A stretch of DNA of 63,367 bases, counting the filler, from Saprolegnia diclina VS20 (taxonomy: Eukaryota), in the NCBI RefSeq assembly GCF_000281045.1. It is 8 parts of 2 records of this genome, joined end to end, with 100 filler letters (N's around TTAATTAATTAA, not from the genome) between each part and the next. Parts side by side here need not be neighbours in the genome. Positions count along the whole stretch, not along the records: positions 1 to 18,055 come from NW_008246082.1; 7 more parts are not named here. The stretch is one strand, 5' to 3'. Under the pieces are notes generated by a model, which saw nothing but the letters and a program-made list of their open reading frames with translations, was not told the origin of the DNA and searched no databases. The stretch's first letter is position 1. Every line of letters begins with the position of its first letter. Shown piece by piece: positions 1-13,666 of the stretch. The translations under genes were made by a program, and so were the position numbers.

Positions 1-199
1 CTTTGTGCTCGAAGCCTTGCGCCTCGTACTCGCTGTCGGGTTGCACCCTGCGCACCAGACCACAGTACGTTGTAGGGAAGGATGATGATCCTGATACGGT
101 GCGTAGTTTTTGCGCGCGCTAGCTGCGTGGGCCATGGACCACAACCAGCTAACACTCGTCCAGTTCTGCCACGACTGCGGCGTCGAGTTGTTGATTTGA
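1..199 (+). CDS. 3' end of an unidentified gene running in from the left edge
   Basis: Coding-like stretch ending ...WAMDHNQLTLVQFCHDCGVELLI-TGA (197-199), followed by AT-rich sequence. Confidence 0.35.
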
Positions 200-439
200 C
201 AAAAAAGAAACGTATTTACATCCATTATGATGTTGCTGGTAGTACACTGTAGTACATAGCCTTCTTACCTACTCATCTACCACAGATTTCACCTCGGAAG
301 GTGGACATTCGACGGCTTCCTTCGGCGCCGTGCTCTTGATTCAGGGCGCGTGAAGTGGGATACAGTCCACTAGCGCGCACGGAATGATGGCCAAGGATTT
401 CAAGGCGCGACGTCCGCTCGGCTTGACTTGAAGTGCGAT

Positions 440-1385
440 CAAGAAAGGGTTATCGAGATTCCTCGCGCCATTTTCAACATTTCAGCCAATCACAGGATGG
501 CAGAGAACGAGTTCGTGACAAGCCAAGCAAGCGAGCCCAGACAGCAGGGATGGTCCCAGCGCTTCCGCAACACCTGCTCGAGGCGATTGCGTGCTACATT
601 GAGAGCACCTACGCCGCTCTTCGCAGCGCCCGATGCTGCCTAATGAGCCCATCGGCCCGAACGAGTACCTTGAGATGCTGTTGCCAACGGCCAACGTTGT
701 TTTAAATGATAAACCCACTCGCACAGCTCAGGTTCTGGGAGCCTACTAGTAGGTACTCGACTACATGTAGATCAAGTACTTTCACCATTATTCACCCCTG
801 GGCTCAGCGAGCAACCGGATCTGGAATCAACCGGATGTCCGGATATCATGGCAAGAACAAGAACGACATCAAGCGCAAGTTCAACCATGGTGGACGCGGG
901 TTTAACCTCAACCAAGGTGGCCGTGGCGACGCCAAGCGCCGTCACACTCAACAAGGCCAATCACCGCCGTTCTGCTACTACTGGCCTGGACATTACGGCG
1001 ACCGTCCCCATATCAAGGCCGACTGCCCCAAGTGCGCCGAGGACATTAAGACCGGATTGTGCGCAGTGACATCTTCCACGAGTCGAAACCCATGGCGATG
1101 GCCAAGCCGACGCTCAACTCCCGTCAAGTGCGGCGCAGTGCAGGCTCGCTGACGCGTCGAGATCCCGGTGACTACGATTCTCTTGCTTCCCGCATTGTAG
1201 CAGAGGTATAATGCAAGACTACAGAGGTAGCCTTGAGCTGCGTAGCTTCAGTAGTGGAGAGTACAAGTGCAATGTCGTTGGCGCCAGGAAAGGCCGCCCG
1301 TGCATGCGACGCTTCCTTGGATCTGTGTGTATCATCAATATCCGGTTTCTGTCCGGATGTGGCGTGGATTTTGTGGATTTTGACC
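440..1385 (+). mobile_element. Degenerate Ty1/Copia-like retrotransposon remnant (gag zinc knuckle, possible protease start)
   Basis: Frameshifted fragments: Gly/Arg-rich stretch, then CYYW-PGHYGDRP-H-IKADC-P (decayed CCHC knuckle, about 973-1030), then AWIL (about 1363-1381) where the Copia protease WILDSG would lie. No RT, integrase or LTRs seen. Confidence 0.45.
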
Positions 1386-1452
1386 AATCAGAGGGCGGCA
1401 TTACTAGGAAGGGTACCGACCACTTCGGGCGAGACCACGTAGCAGCGCGACC

Positions 1453-3105
1453 ATGGGCCCGACCGAGCAAGAAGTAGCGCTCATCTCGCATGGCCGCAAG
1501 ATCCTCGAGGTGTACAAGCACAAGGGCGTTATCAACGGGTACATTGAGCGACCGGATGCGCCTCACGGCGACGACGAGCCGGCCATCGCCAAGCACGAGC
1601 GCTGGCAGAGCGTGACCGCCAAGCACACGCAGAGCAGCCAGCTGCTCCAGTCGATCGAGCGCAGCATGCTCAAGCTTCTCGAGAACGTTGGTAGCGCCGA
1701 CACGCCGGCGGCTTCTTTGAGCCATGTCACGGCGCCGCTCGTCGCCCAACTGCGCCAGCTCCTCCGCCAGAAGCAGCTCCTCGAAGATGACATGGGGCGA
1801 GATTTCCAGGTACTTGCACATCCGACGCATGAGATCCATCAACAAGGGTGCGTAGGCTCTTGGACCACCGGTCGTCCTCGATGCGTCCAACAATGTACCC
1901 TCGGTTTGGCTAGCCCACGCCGACGTCGACGCGCTCGTCCACGCCAAGGTCGCGCCACTGGAAGCCGAGCTTGCGCAGGCCAAGACGACAATCGACGACA
2001 TGCAGGTCAAGCTGCACGCGTACAAGGTCCAGCTCCAGCAGCAAGCGGCGAGTACGTCGACGCCTCTCGCATCTTCGGCATCGTTCAGCCCACGTGCGCT
2101 CATTCAGCGCCTCGAGCGCCACATCCAAGAGAAGGACGAGCTCATCCGTGCACTCCGCGAGACGTTGGACGACGTAGCGAACGACAGCAGCCGCATGGAG
2201 AAGCTTCTCATCGCGCAGAGCGACTCGATTGCGATGCTGCAGAACGACCATCGTACGCGTATCCTCCGAGTTCTTATCCGTCGAGCTCATGCTTTGGGTT
2301 ATAGAGCTGCGGGAAGCCACGGCAGCGTCGGCGGTCCCCGCAAGCGTACTTTCACCGCCCACGTCCGAGACGCAGGACCTCGTGCCGCCGGACGACGGTC
2401 ATGCGCACCGCGTCGAGGACTTCGAGACACCGTTGCCACCGGGCTGGGAGATGCGCGTCACCAACACGGGCGACGTGTACTTTATCCATCGGCACTCCAA
2501 AGTCACGACGTGGGTCGACCCGCGCTCGCACCCGATCCAGCTGCAGCCGTCGCTCTCGCCCAACGCGCCGCTCTCGTCGCAGTACGCGATTGAGTTTCAC
2601 GAGAAGCGTCCGATCGGCGTCCTCTTCCAGCCCAACACGCCGGTCGATCAAGGCGCGTGCGTGCGCCGTGTCCTTGAAGACACGCCGGCCGAATACGCCG
2701 CCCAGATCCAGCCAGGTACATTCGATGTGCCTTCGCGACGCGGTGTGACTTGCTCGAGCAGGCCACCAGCTCGTCGCGGTCAACGGCCACCGCATCCAGG
2801 AAGCGTCGTTCCGACACATCATGCTATTGCTACAAGGCGGCTTTCGGCCGCTCACATTGACCTTCGATCGGCTCGTGCGAGGTAGCGACCGCCTTGCTCT
2901 TGGAAGCTTGGCAGATGATGCTTTTGGTATAGTGGGCACCTTGCTACTGGACGACGAAGGACAGGAAGGGACGCGCGATACTGGCGACGAGATGGAGAAC
3001 CCGTCTGGGTTCTCGCTGGCCGACCAGCTCATCACGGGCGTCTTCTCGCTTGTGTGGGCGGCGCCCGACGAGACGACGACGTCGTCGGCGGTGCAGCCTA
3101 TTTAA
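1453..3105 (+). CDS. Coiled-coil + WW + PDZ-like domain protein (multi-exon)
   Basis: ORFs 1453, 2000, 2229 and 2821 join through short GT-AG introns. WW motif PLPPGWEMRVTNTGDVYFIHRHSKVTTWVDPR; PDZ-like IGVLF...VRRVLEDTPAEYAAQIQPG/HQLVAVNG...RPLTLTF; stop TAA at 3103-3105. Confidence 0.8.
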
Positions 3106-3312
3106 AGAATGACTCTGTGGTATAAAAGAACAGGAAATGTGGCGTTTCACCGCTTTTGCATGGTTGACAGGGGCTAGATACACGCAACGTTAGGTTTAAA
3201 AAACATACGCATCGAAATCCATTTGTTGTTTGTATGTTGAAGCGTGCCATGACAATGTTTTTTAAATCTCAACGCAGACAAGATCGTGAACCGTCGTGAT
3301 GCGATTCTGCTG

Positions 3313-6300
3313 ATGGACCACCAAGGACGATGGACGAGCAGGAGCGACGACGAGAACCGCGGTGACGGCGTCCGGCTGCCCGAGCTTCCGGCGGCGACCA
3401 GCTCGATGGCCGACCGACTGAGCGCGATCAAGTCCAAGATCGCACAGCGCAGCGTCGAGCACCGCCAGCGCAATGCGGCGCCCGACCCGCCCGTCCCATT
3501 CCGCGACGTGAGCTTGGAGCAGATGATGGAAGCCCGGTTGCATGCACTCCAGCGTGACATCGAGACGAAGCAGCCCAAGGCGACTCCTCGCGCCTTGCCA
3601 CGACTGCCCGAAGCCGAGATGACGGCCCTCGTCGAGCGCACGACCGCGCTCTCGCAGTTCCACGACGCCAAGGCGACGCTCGACGCATCGCTGCATGTCG
3701 TCCAAAGCAAAGGTACGTCCTATACTCCTGAACGATAGGCATACTACAAGTACATGTAGTGCATCGGGCCGACGATGTGGCAGAGAACCTCCGTGACCAG
3801 GTCGAAGCACTCTACCAGCTCACGCCCGAATTGGACTTTGACGCGCGGGCGACGCGGTGGCGATCGATTATAGCGACGCGCACTGAGAGCCGCTTGCTGC
3901 GAGCCGACGCCGACGCGGCGCTGCATGCGTTCGAACACACGGAGCTGCGGAATCCGTACAGTGACCTCACCACACTGGCTGCGCTGACCGAAGCGCCGTC
4001 GTCCTCGCTGCCTGCAGCAACCCGCGACGTGTGGCTCATTGGCCGGCGCAGCATCGAAGTCAACTCCGACACGGTTGTCTACTACGGCGCGTACCTTCCG
4101 AGTCCGAGTGGAACCTCAAACGACCAAGGCAGCGGGGATACCGACCGCCCCGTGGATGGTCTGCGCTGGCTTGCGTGCTCCGCGGTCGCCGCCGAGCCGA
4201 GCCCGGTCGTGTCGTTTCGCAAGGTACCTACTTCGAGGTCGATGGAGGACTTATGTTCGTGGTAAGGGTACGGTCGAAGCATGGGATGTCGTGGGAGCTG
4301 GCATGGAGGTGGTCAACGGCATCTATGTTCTCTCCGGTCGCTTCGAGCAAGCCAACAAGTACACGTCCGTGGCGGGCCTCGAGCTCTTCCGCAAGCGGTG
4401 CGCTTCCACATCATCGCCTGCGGCTGAGAGCTGGCGGTTAGGTTTAGCATGGCGACACAATCATTCGGGAGCACCGAGATGGATGCGCTGTCGCCGGGCC
4501 AGCTTGAGCATCTCGATCCGGCCAGCACGGGGCTGCCGCTGCCCCTTCGTGCCCGCTACTCGGAACAGGACTTCCACGTCCTGTCGCAGATTGGGTCCTG
4601 GCTCGCAACGCAAGAGGTCAAGGCCAAGACCCACGCGGAAGCCATCAAAGAGTCCCACCGCAAGGTCCAGTCCGTCGACGGGTCGAGCGTCGACGACGTT
4701 GTGACGGTGCAGACACACGTGACGGTGCCGATGCCGCTCGTGCCGTCGCGCGCACATGCCGTGCCGCCGATTTGCCGCGCGTGGGTGCTACTGCAGTGCC
4801 GTGTGAGCGACTGCAAGCGACGTCATTACTACATCTCCCACGCCGAGCGGGATGCAATGACGTTATGGCAAGAAGATCTCGAGGCCAACGTACGTGATGT
4901 GTGGACATCCGTGCATATGATCCGAATATGCTGTAACGTGTAGCTCGACTTGACAACGCTCAAAGCCATCACGGCGCGCGAGCTTCTCATGGAGCAGGCG
5001 CGCGCAGTCGGCGCCAAAGCCATGTCCAAGTACCAAGCCAACATGGTCCAGGAGACCAAAAAGCAAGTGCAGAAGCTCGTGCATGTCGTCAACGCCCTGC
5101 GTCTCGCCAACGTGCGCGTTGTCGAGGCCATTGTAGCGTGGCGCACGCACGCCCAAGCCTCGGGGCGTCTCTCGATGCTACACGCGGCTGCCGACGACGC
5201 ATCCTCGTCGCTTGGCTGGAGCGTGAGCCTCACCGTGCTCACGGGCAAATACCTCTATCGCGGCTCCAACGCCTTTCTGTCCAAAGTACGGACAGTATCA
5301 ATATTTCAACTCGATATATCGATAGATCAAACGTTACTGCCGCGACGCCGACGTGCACGGTGAGAAGGAGACCCAAGTGCGGTACTTGGGATGCTACCCG
5401 ACCAAAGTACACACCAACTTGAACGACCCCGCGATTGCATGTCATTAGGTCCAAGCCGAAGCTGCGTACGACAGTGCAGTCGTCTCGGAGGCGCGGCGAT
5501 TGCATACAACCGTCGACCACATGCCCCGCAAGCGGTAGAGTGGCACCACCAAGCATTGTCGTAGCAATGTTAACTAGCTATGTGTTTCTCTCGTGCGGCG
5601 CCCACTGTGCGATCGAGAGCGATCTTCGCCATCGCTCAAGCGCCAAGACTGTCTGCGTTGAATGCCGAACCCGCGCGCAAACCAAGGTCGAGCCGTGGAT
5701 ACCGACGTACGTCTGGCACAACGTCAACTACCTTCTCAAGGTACCATGCAGGACTCGGTACGATGCAAGTAATGTGTCTAGATGGGCTCGGACTTGAGCT
5801 TCCTCGAGGCCATTACACCCTTGCGCCTCTATGTCGGTCCGTCCTTTCCGCTCCACGGCAACCCGTTTTTGATTCCTACCGAGACGCCGCGTGACGCCAA
5901 GCGGTTCCTCGAGCTTGCGTTGCCGTCGTCATCGCCCAACGAGCTCTTACCGACCGCAGCTTTTACGCGTCACGCCGACAACCTCGTGACGTGGACGCAC
6001 CCCGAGACGGACGCCACGTATGTGGCGAATTCACACCACCTCGTGTACCTACCTCTCGGTCTCGAGTCCAATGCGATAGTGTAAGGTCTGTAGGCGCTTG
6101 ACATCGAACAACGTCGAGACGCAGTACGAAGTACTCGACATGCACCGGCTATTTGAAGCGCAAAAAGTGTACTTGCGCGAACTTAGTCGCAACAACCTCG
6201 ATGCACTCGACACTGCGACGCAGGACGCGCTGAAGACGCCGTCGACGCTGCCCTTGGAAGAAGACCCGACCATGCGCATCGTGCAGGCGCTGTACTGGGA

Positions 6301-9300
6301 CCGGTGCGCGGCGCTTCGCATTGAACAAGTGCGCCCACCGCGCGCGTACAAGCTCCCAAACGTCTGGTGCCGCACCGACCTTGGCGAGTGGGCAGGCTTT
6401 CGCGTGCGCGGCAAGCACATTCGGCACCACGCGTTCGAGTCCAAGCTCCACGAGACGGGCAAGAAGAACATTCAAACGCGGGCGGCATTTGTGGCGCGGC
6501 TGCGGAGCTACATGCAGCAGCCGCTAGAAGCGCTCTCTCGGCGCGCAATGGTCGACCTCCTTGCCGAAGCCGAGGTGGTGCGCGGGGACTTGGTACACGG
6601 AAGAGTCGAGCAGTGTATGCATGTCACTCTGTTGTTGTAGGTGTACTTGGAGGCGGAGAATTTGCGGCGGTTTTTGGCCAAGTACGATGCCATGACAGCG
6701 GCCGCGTGGGCGCTGCAGTTGTGGTGGCGCCAGAAGCTCGCACGCTGGATCGCACGTCTTCGCGTGCTTGCACTGCGTACGCTGGCCCACGCTCGACGCC
6801 AGGTTGGCGACTATGTTCTTATTGCCTGCGCGAATGCCAACGTATTTGGATTCTAGTTTGAACAAACCGTCGCCAGCGTCGCCAACGGGCTGTACGCGGC
6901 CGTCGTGGCCGCCGCGACCCAGCGGGCAACGCAGCGCCTCCGTGACGGCGTCGTGTCGACGTGCCTCAAGTTGGACGGCGAGCACGTCATCGTGACATAC
7001 CATTCGATGGACCACTACGACACGACCAACGATGACGTCGATCATCGCCGCACCCCGTGCAGCCACTGCTTGCGCATGGCGTACCACCGCAGTGTGCAAC
7101 TCGAGAGCTTTCGCTTTCGTCAAGAGAGAAGCCTTTGCTACTGCGGCAAGCGCCGGGATCCCGAACGCATCCTCGTGCGCGCGTACAACCCTGCAACCAA
7201 CGACATCTACCGCATTTTGATTGGCAACGAACAACTGCGCCAGCGTGTGCGCCCGCATGTGGACGGGTACATAGAGGTTGTTTCAACTTGATAGTTTGAA
7301 AGTTGCACGTAGCAATCTTCGGCGCGCGTGCGACTTGCTCTCGCTGCCGACCGACCGCATCCTCGGGTACGACCTCAACGCCATCGGTGGTCGGCCGCGC
7401 ACGAGCTGGGACCCGATCCGCGAGGCTGCGGTACGACAGGATATACTGTATCAAGTTGTCAATAGGGATCTCATAGCGGGCCCACGCGGCCGCCAGCGCG
7501 GCTGAGACCCTCGCTGCCTCCCGCGAGGCCCTCGCCGCGACCAAATGGTCGCAGTATACGGCTTGGCGGGCACTGCATACCGACAGTTTGCACCGCAAAA
7601 AAAGCGCGTGGACCGTGTACCAGAAAACGCTCGCGCAAGTCGAGCGGTCGGTGAGCACCCTCACGTCGGCCTCCGTGCATGCCAAGGCGGCTGTTGCGTT
7701 CTCTGAGAAGGGCCGGACGACGTTTGCCGGCGAAGCGTCGTGGGACCCGCTCGAGAACGCCAACAACTGGCGCCTCCTCGTCGCAAAGCGCCAGTCAGCA
7801 CGCGACGTGGTTGAGAAAGAAGCTCAGTTTCAAGCCGCTCGGCATGCGTGGTTCCACGCCGACATGGACGAGGCAAGCGCACGAGCGCTCACAGCCCACG
7901 CCAAAGTAGATCCTTTGATTCTTAGTCTAGTGTAGTGTGTTGACTAGGACATAGGAGCGGTACGATGGTGTTGCGGCCGACGCCAAGCGCACACGACTGC
8001 TCGCAAACGACTACCGCGCCATGGCGACAGCCGCGCTGCTCATGCTGCGGGCGACGACTCGAGTGCTCAACTCGCTCCTGACGCTGCGCCAGTTTGCATC
8101 CGTGCCCATCCGCCGCACGCTGGTGCTTTTAGACGGCCCCGTCTTACAGCACTACCACGGACGACCCACCGCCCTCCACGCGGCCGTGTATCGTCGCCGA
8201 TTTGCCTACAACCTGCGTACGTCTCTACCTTTTTATTTGGCTAAAGCATAATGTCCTCAGTGGCGGCAAGGGCAAGAATGGTGCGGATGGACCCGATTCC
8301 CCACGATGCCAGGCGCCAAGAGCTCTGGATGCTGCAAGTGCGCATGCTGGCCGAGTCGACGGAGCGCGACGAAGGCGTCCTTGTCACAGCGTACGAACGT
8401 TGGTCAACGGTTCGCTCGTCGACAATGCGTCTATGTAGGTACCGTCCAACCGACGCCAAGACGGTGGATACGTGGGTCGAGTGGCGTTTCCTGCACTTGC
8501 TCGTCGACTGCCCGCGGTTCCGGGACCCTCATTTGGCCATCTTTACGAAGCAACATGCGATCGCCGCAGCCAAGACGCGTCACGGCAACGCCATGATGCA
8601 AAAGCGCCTCGTCATGACGGCCCGGGCCCATATTTTGATGGCGCTCGTGCGTCTCAACACGTTTACAGCCGAGATTGACGTGACGCGGCTGGCGTATTTT
8701 CGACTCCGCGAAGTGCTCCACCGACGGCTTCTCCAAAGCCATTGGTGGCACGACGTGCTCGCAGGTCGCAAGCGCGGCCGCGGTGACGAGGTCTATCGGC
8801 AAGCGGCCAACGTACGTTCTTTGCGTCGACCACGAGAAGGTCACAGAGTCCACTGTGTAGGTGGACGGACGCCGGTGCCACGTGCTCATCTTTGAAAACT
8901 ACGGCGACCTTTGCATCCTCGTGTACGAGCCTCGCTCGCGGAACCACTGGACGGTCGCTGTCCCGCTCGCCGCGTCGATTCATGCGCTGCGGTGGTCGCC
9001 CGAGAAGCTCGGTCATTGGCTTGCATGTGTCCGCACCAACAAGTACGCAGACGCGGTGTTTGTACCGCTCTTGCAGCACTTGACGATCCATGCGACGCAT
9101 GGGCTGCTGTTTGCTCGATCGTCTGACAAAATTGTGTGGCGCGGCGTCCGCTTTGTCTGCGACCGGTACCTTCTCATCACGATTCGCCAAGATGCGTGGC
9201 TGGGCCTCCGACTGCGTGTTGTCAGCGACCACCACGCTCACGCGCCGCTTCGAGGAGAGATATCGATCGACGCGCACGGCTGCCGCATCTTGTTTCCAAA

Positions 9301-12300
9301 CATGGCACCTGGCGCCGAGATGTTTGCCAAGCTGGCCGATATGGTGACGTTGGCGCCGTCATCACCGCACGTAGCGACGGACGGCGATGCGCTCTCGGCC
9401 GCGATCTCGGCCTTTAACGCGTGGATCGAGACCACCACGTACGAGTTGCGTGCACGGACAAGAGGTGCATGGCTATGTGTAGGCGCTGGCGCAACCCGCT
9501 GCGCCCGATGGACCCGGAGACCGCGCGGCTGTGGGCATGCCTCATCGACGCCAAGAAGCTGCGGCATGCACTGGCGTCGGCGGCCACGGTGGTGCTAACG
9601 CACGAGGTATGTCACAGCCAAGGAGTGGACTGCGGATGGGCGGTAGGTTCCGCTACAGGACAAGATGCGTCGCTGTGTGTATGCAACCGACTACATACTC
9701 GACGCACATCGCGACCTGCAAGCCAAAATCGAAGTGCTGCCGCGCCACGGTGCCATGGTGCTTCGCCTGCGGTACCCTCTTGCAGCGAGGCTCGTGGTGA
9801 CGGTAGCGCGTAGGCGGGAGCTCTTTCAAGAGTGGGAAGCGCGCCAGGAAGGCAAGCAGCGGGCTGCCATGGCTGCTGAAGAAGCGCGCACACACCTCTC
9901 GATCCTCCATGCTCGGCGCGGGTACGGTATACACTGGTATAAACACGAATTTACTTGGGCATAGCGCCATCCACGCTGCACTGCGACAGTACCATCGTCG
10001 GCTGCGGGATCTTCAAGCCGACTTGGCAGCGTCGACAGTCGTGGTGGCATCGGTCTTGGAGACACAGCACCGACGGCAGTGCTCGCTCCGTGCGATGCAG
10101 TACATTCTAACCATGGCGGTGCACGAAGTTGCTGGAGGCGACAGCGGGCTTCAAGAGTATGCACTCAGCGTCGGGCATGCTATCGAGTGGCTCGAGGCGC
10201 CGCCGTATGCATCGAGCTGCGTCTACCTCAAGCCCGCCACGACCATCTACCGGCCCAACGCGGCCGCAACGCTGGCGACAACCGCCGTCGTCGGCGCATT
10301 TGCTCGACCACTGCAGTTTTTTGTCTACATTTACGTGACCGATGCCAGCGAAGTACTCTTGTCCTATGTATCTTCCAGCGACGCTCATGCGAGTAGGTCT
10401 GGCAAGTCGAAGCCTACTGCAAAACAATCGGCGTCCTACTGACCCACTTCATATCGGTTGCCGGCTTTGTCCAGGAGGTGGACCATCGCCTACCAGCGCT
10501 GTCTCCATCCGCGATCAACACCAAGGCACTCAACTGGCTCGCACAGTCATTTGCGGTGACCGACACGGACGCATCCGCGACCATGGCGCAGCTCTGGGCC
10601 CATCTGGTCGCCGCACGACATGAGCGGCAGTTCCTTTTCCAAACGCTCCGTCGTCTCACTACGTTTGAAGGTGTGGGAGCGCTTTTGCAGAGCGGTCCCT
10701 CTGGGTTTCTGCGGCGAGATGCGCTGCAACGCGCCCTTGACGTTGTTGACACGGCGGTTGCCCTAGCCCTGGACGACGCCGCCCAGTTGGCGGACACTGA
10801 CGTGGCGGGGTACTTTCATCTCGCATGCGATCCCGACGGGCTTCCAGCGACAACGACGACGATAGCTAGTGGTACCAGCTGCGTTGCGAGCTCACCAGCG
10901 CCCAGTGAGCACGTCATGTCCGAGTACGGCATGCTCCTCCATGTCGATGCATCGCTCGGTATCGACGAGGTCTTTGCCGATACATGGACACCCGACGTGG
11001 CTGCGTCCGTGCTCGGCTCATCTCCTATCGCCGTGATCCCGGCACTCTACGGCACGCTCTTTGCAGCGCGGTCGGGGACCGACGTCAATGTTCGAGCGAC
11101 GACGCTCGCCAACGATGCTGTTGTGGTGTACGGCCCTGCGCTCTTCACGACGACGTTGCAGCATTTCCATGACCTGGTGCTGGCGACGCAGTGGACGTCC
11201 GAGTTCGCGACAGCAAAGAAGAAGGTGGTGCCTCGCCGCGGCGCCAAGCCCATCGCTGCCTGGCGCACCTACGCCAGCGACCGCATGCGACTCGCACGAG
11301 CCGCCAAGCCCAACCAGTCGCATCTGCCGCGCCCCGCGCCAGTCGTCGCAGTGACCCGCAACGATAGCGGGCCGCCTGGCACGGAGCTCTCAACGCTCTG
11401 CCAGTACAAAGTGTCTCGTAATGCGCTCGAGCTGCTCGACGGGTACGCGAGGCAGGTTCACGGAGGCGACATGTCGCTGCCAGAGCTCGCAGCGCAGCGA
11501 TTGCTCGATGCCATCGCAGTGGAAACGGGCTCGGGCGTCCTCGCAACCAAGCCATTGGACCTTGCACGCGTCTATTCGGGCAGCCTCTCCGTGCCGCTCG
11601 ACCAGCCCAAGACTGGCGAGAGCGATGACGTTATCACTTCCCACATGGTCCCACTGCACGTCGATGTGCGCGTCAACAACATCGAGCACCCGACAGCGCT
11701 TGTCGTTGACGCATACGATGCGTCATCACGTACGCACGACTACCGCGTCACGATTGGTGTCGACGACATGCGCATCCTCGTGCCGCGACGGCCTGTGCAC
11801 GGCGACGCGTGGGCCACCCTCGCTGTCCACTGCCTTCCGCACCTGGTGCGTCATCACTAGACAATGGATGATGTGACTTGACTCGTGTTGCTCTAGACTC
11901 TTTGTCATCGCAACGGCCGGCGGTGCCTCGCCTTCTTGGCGCCGACGCGGTCGGTGGCGGTGACGAGCATTGCGCCGCCGACAGTTGAGCCGTTGCCCCA
12001 CCCATTTGCGCCGTTTCCACACCCTGCCGCTCCGTTCACAAAGGTCGACGCGCTCGCCGAGACCATGGTTCTGGCACGGCTGCAAAAGCACACGCTGTCA
12101 TCGATCCAAGCGCGCATGGCGGACCGGCAAGCGGCCATGGCTCTGCACAGCGCCAAGGCCGCGCTCGAGTGGGAGCGCATGGAAGCGGCCGATGCCGAGA
12201 GCACCGCCGATCGCGGCTATTTGACACTGCCGACGAAGGCCTTGCACAAGCTCAAGACCGCGTACGACAAGGGTATGGCGAAGGCAGCAGCGACCGACGT

Positions 12301-12508
12301 TGGTCGTGTACGCGCCTTTTGGTCGTCGCTGGCGTCGACTTTGCACTTGCCGGACGACGTGCTGCCGGATGCGGTTACCGTCGGCTTGCCGTCGTTCTAC
12401 GTCGTCGCCGAGCTCTGGCGACAGTACCAGGTGACACCACAAACAACACCGGAGGGTACCCCGTAGCGCGCGTGCGGGCCACGGGGCGGGATTTGTGTTA
12501 AAGAATAG
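3313..12508 (+). CDS. Very large multi-exon hypothetical protein with IQ-like, AP2-like and Cys-rich motifs
   Basis: Chain of + strand ORFs (3286, 3759, 4449, 4950, 5782, 6098, 6641, 6905, 7588, 8021, 8251, 8861, 9665, 9909, 10478, 11936) separated by short GT-AG introns. IQ-like AAWALQLWWRQKLAR; motif YVWHNVNYLLK/MGSDLSFL...NPF. Not every junction was checked, so it could be two genes. Confidence 0.65.
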
Positions 12509-12558
12509 TATGCAGCTAACGACTATCGCAAGGATCCGAATACGAGAGTTGGGACTCT

Positions 12559-13492
12559 CTACTTTTCCATGTAGGCCTTTTGCACTTCAAAGGCGAGGAG
12601 CGTGATGCCAAAGAGCGGCGCTTGGACCATCATACGTGGCACGACGCCCTTGAAGAGCGCGCCGACGCCGCCGGCCGCAAACACCTGCTGGAAGCAGTCG
12701 ATCGTGCCCTTGTAGTTGGCGCCGATCATTTGCCGCTTCGTCTTGATGACATCGGCCGGCGTCGCGATCGCCGCTGCGCCCGCACCGGCCGCGCACCCTG
12801 CGGCAACAATGGCCAGCATGGACGCGTGGCCGCTCTCGTCGGCCGCCGCGTCGCGGAGCGTCGCGTACGTGGGGAAGAAGACGATCGCGTACGGGATATC
12901 GCGCAAGAGGCACGCCGACGTGCCCTTGTACAGCCCTCGGAGGCCCAAGTCCTAGTATACATGAGCTTTGTGCAACGATAAGGACTGTGGTGGAAGGTAC
13001 CTTGACGACTCCCATCGCAGTCTTGCGCTCGGCCAGCGGCAGCCGATCTTGGGTTTGGATGCGGATCTTGACAATTTCCATCGGGTTGGTCGCAATCACT
13101 TGGCAGAAACCGGCGCCAGCGCCCGCGAGCACCTGCTTGTGCAGCGGCAGCACGCCCGTGTCGTTCGGGTCGAGCACTTCGCGGAGGTAGTCGTTGACCG
13201 CGAGCTTGATGGCCTTCTCGGGGATGACACCGACCAGCGTCGGCGGCAAACCGCGGAAGAGACCGCGGACGCCGTCGCGCGCCAGCAGCGTCTTGAAGCA
13301 GTGCACCGGTCCCGTAAAGTTGGTCGAGCTCTGCAGGTTGGTCTTGACAATGTCGATCGGGAAGGTGGCCGAGACACCAATGACGCCGGCAAAGCCACCG
13401 ACCGCGAGCTTTCCGACAAGCGGGATCTTCTTCTTGGCAGGCGTCGGCAAAAGCGCAGACGGGTGGGGCAGCGTCGTCGTCGTCGAAGTCAT
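12559..13492 (-). CDS. Mitochondrial carrier (SLC25), glutamate / aspartate-glutamate carrier-like, two exons
   Basis: Three PxD/ExxK signatures (PIDIVKT, PMEIVKI, PADVIKT), plus PEKAIKLAVND and LLRDIPY typical of the SLC25A22/aralar group; intron at about 12953-13000. Confidence 0.92.
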
Positions 13493-13598
13493 GGGGGCGT
13501 AGAAGAAGGCGGAATGAGGGAACCGAGAGATTTCTTCAGTGATGCTGGGGAGTACACCGTACGCAAGATACCTTGCCTTCAACACTTTGTGTGTTTCC

Positions 13599-13666
13599 CC
13601 AATCAGTTGCCGCCTCGTGATTGGTGGATTGGTCGAAATCCCGGCCAGAACGAGATGTGATTGGCT
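13599..13666 (-). promoter_or_regulatory. Cluster of four CCAAT/ATTGG boxes upstream of the carrier gene
   Basis: CCAAT at 13599 and GATTGG at 13619, 13628 and 13659, about 110-170 bp upstream of the ATG. Confidence 0.5.
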
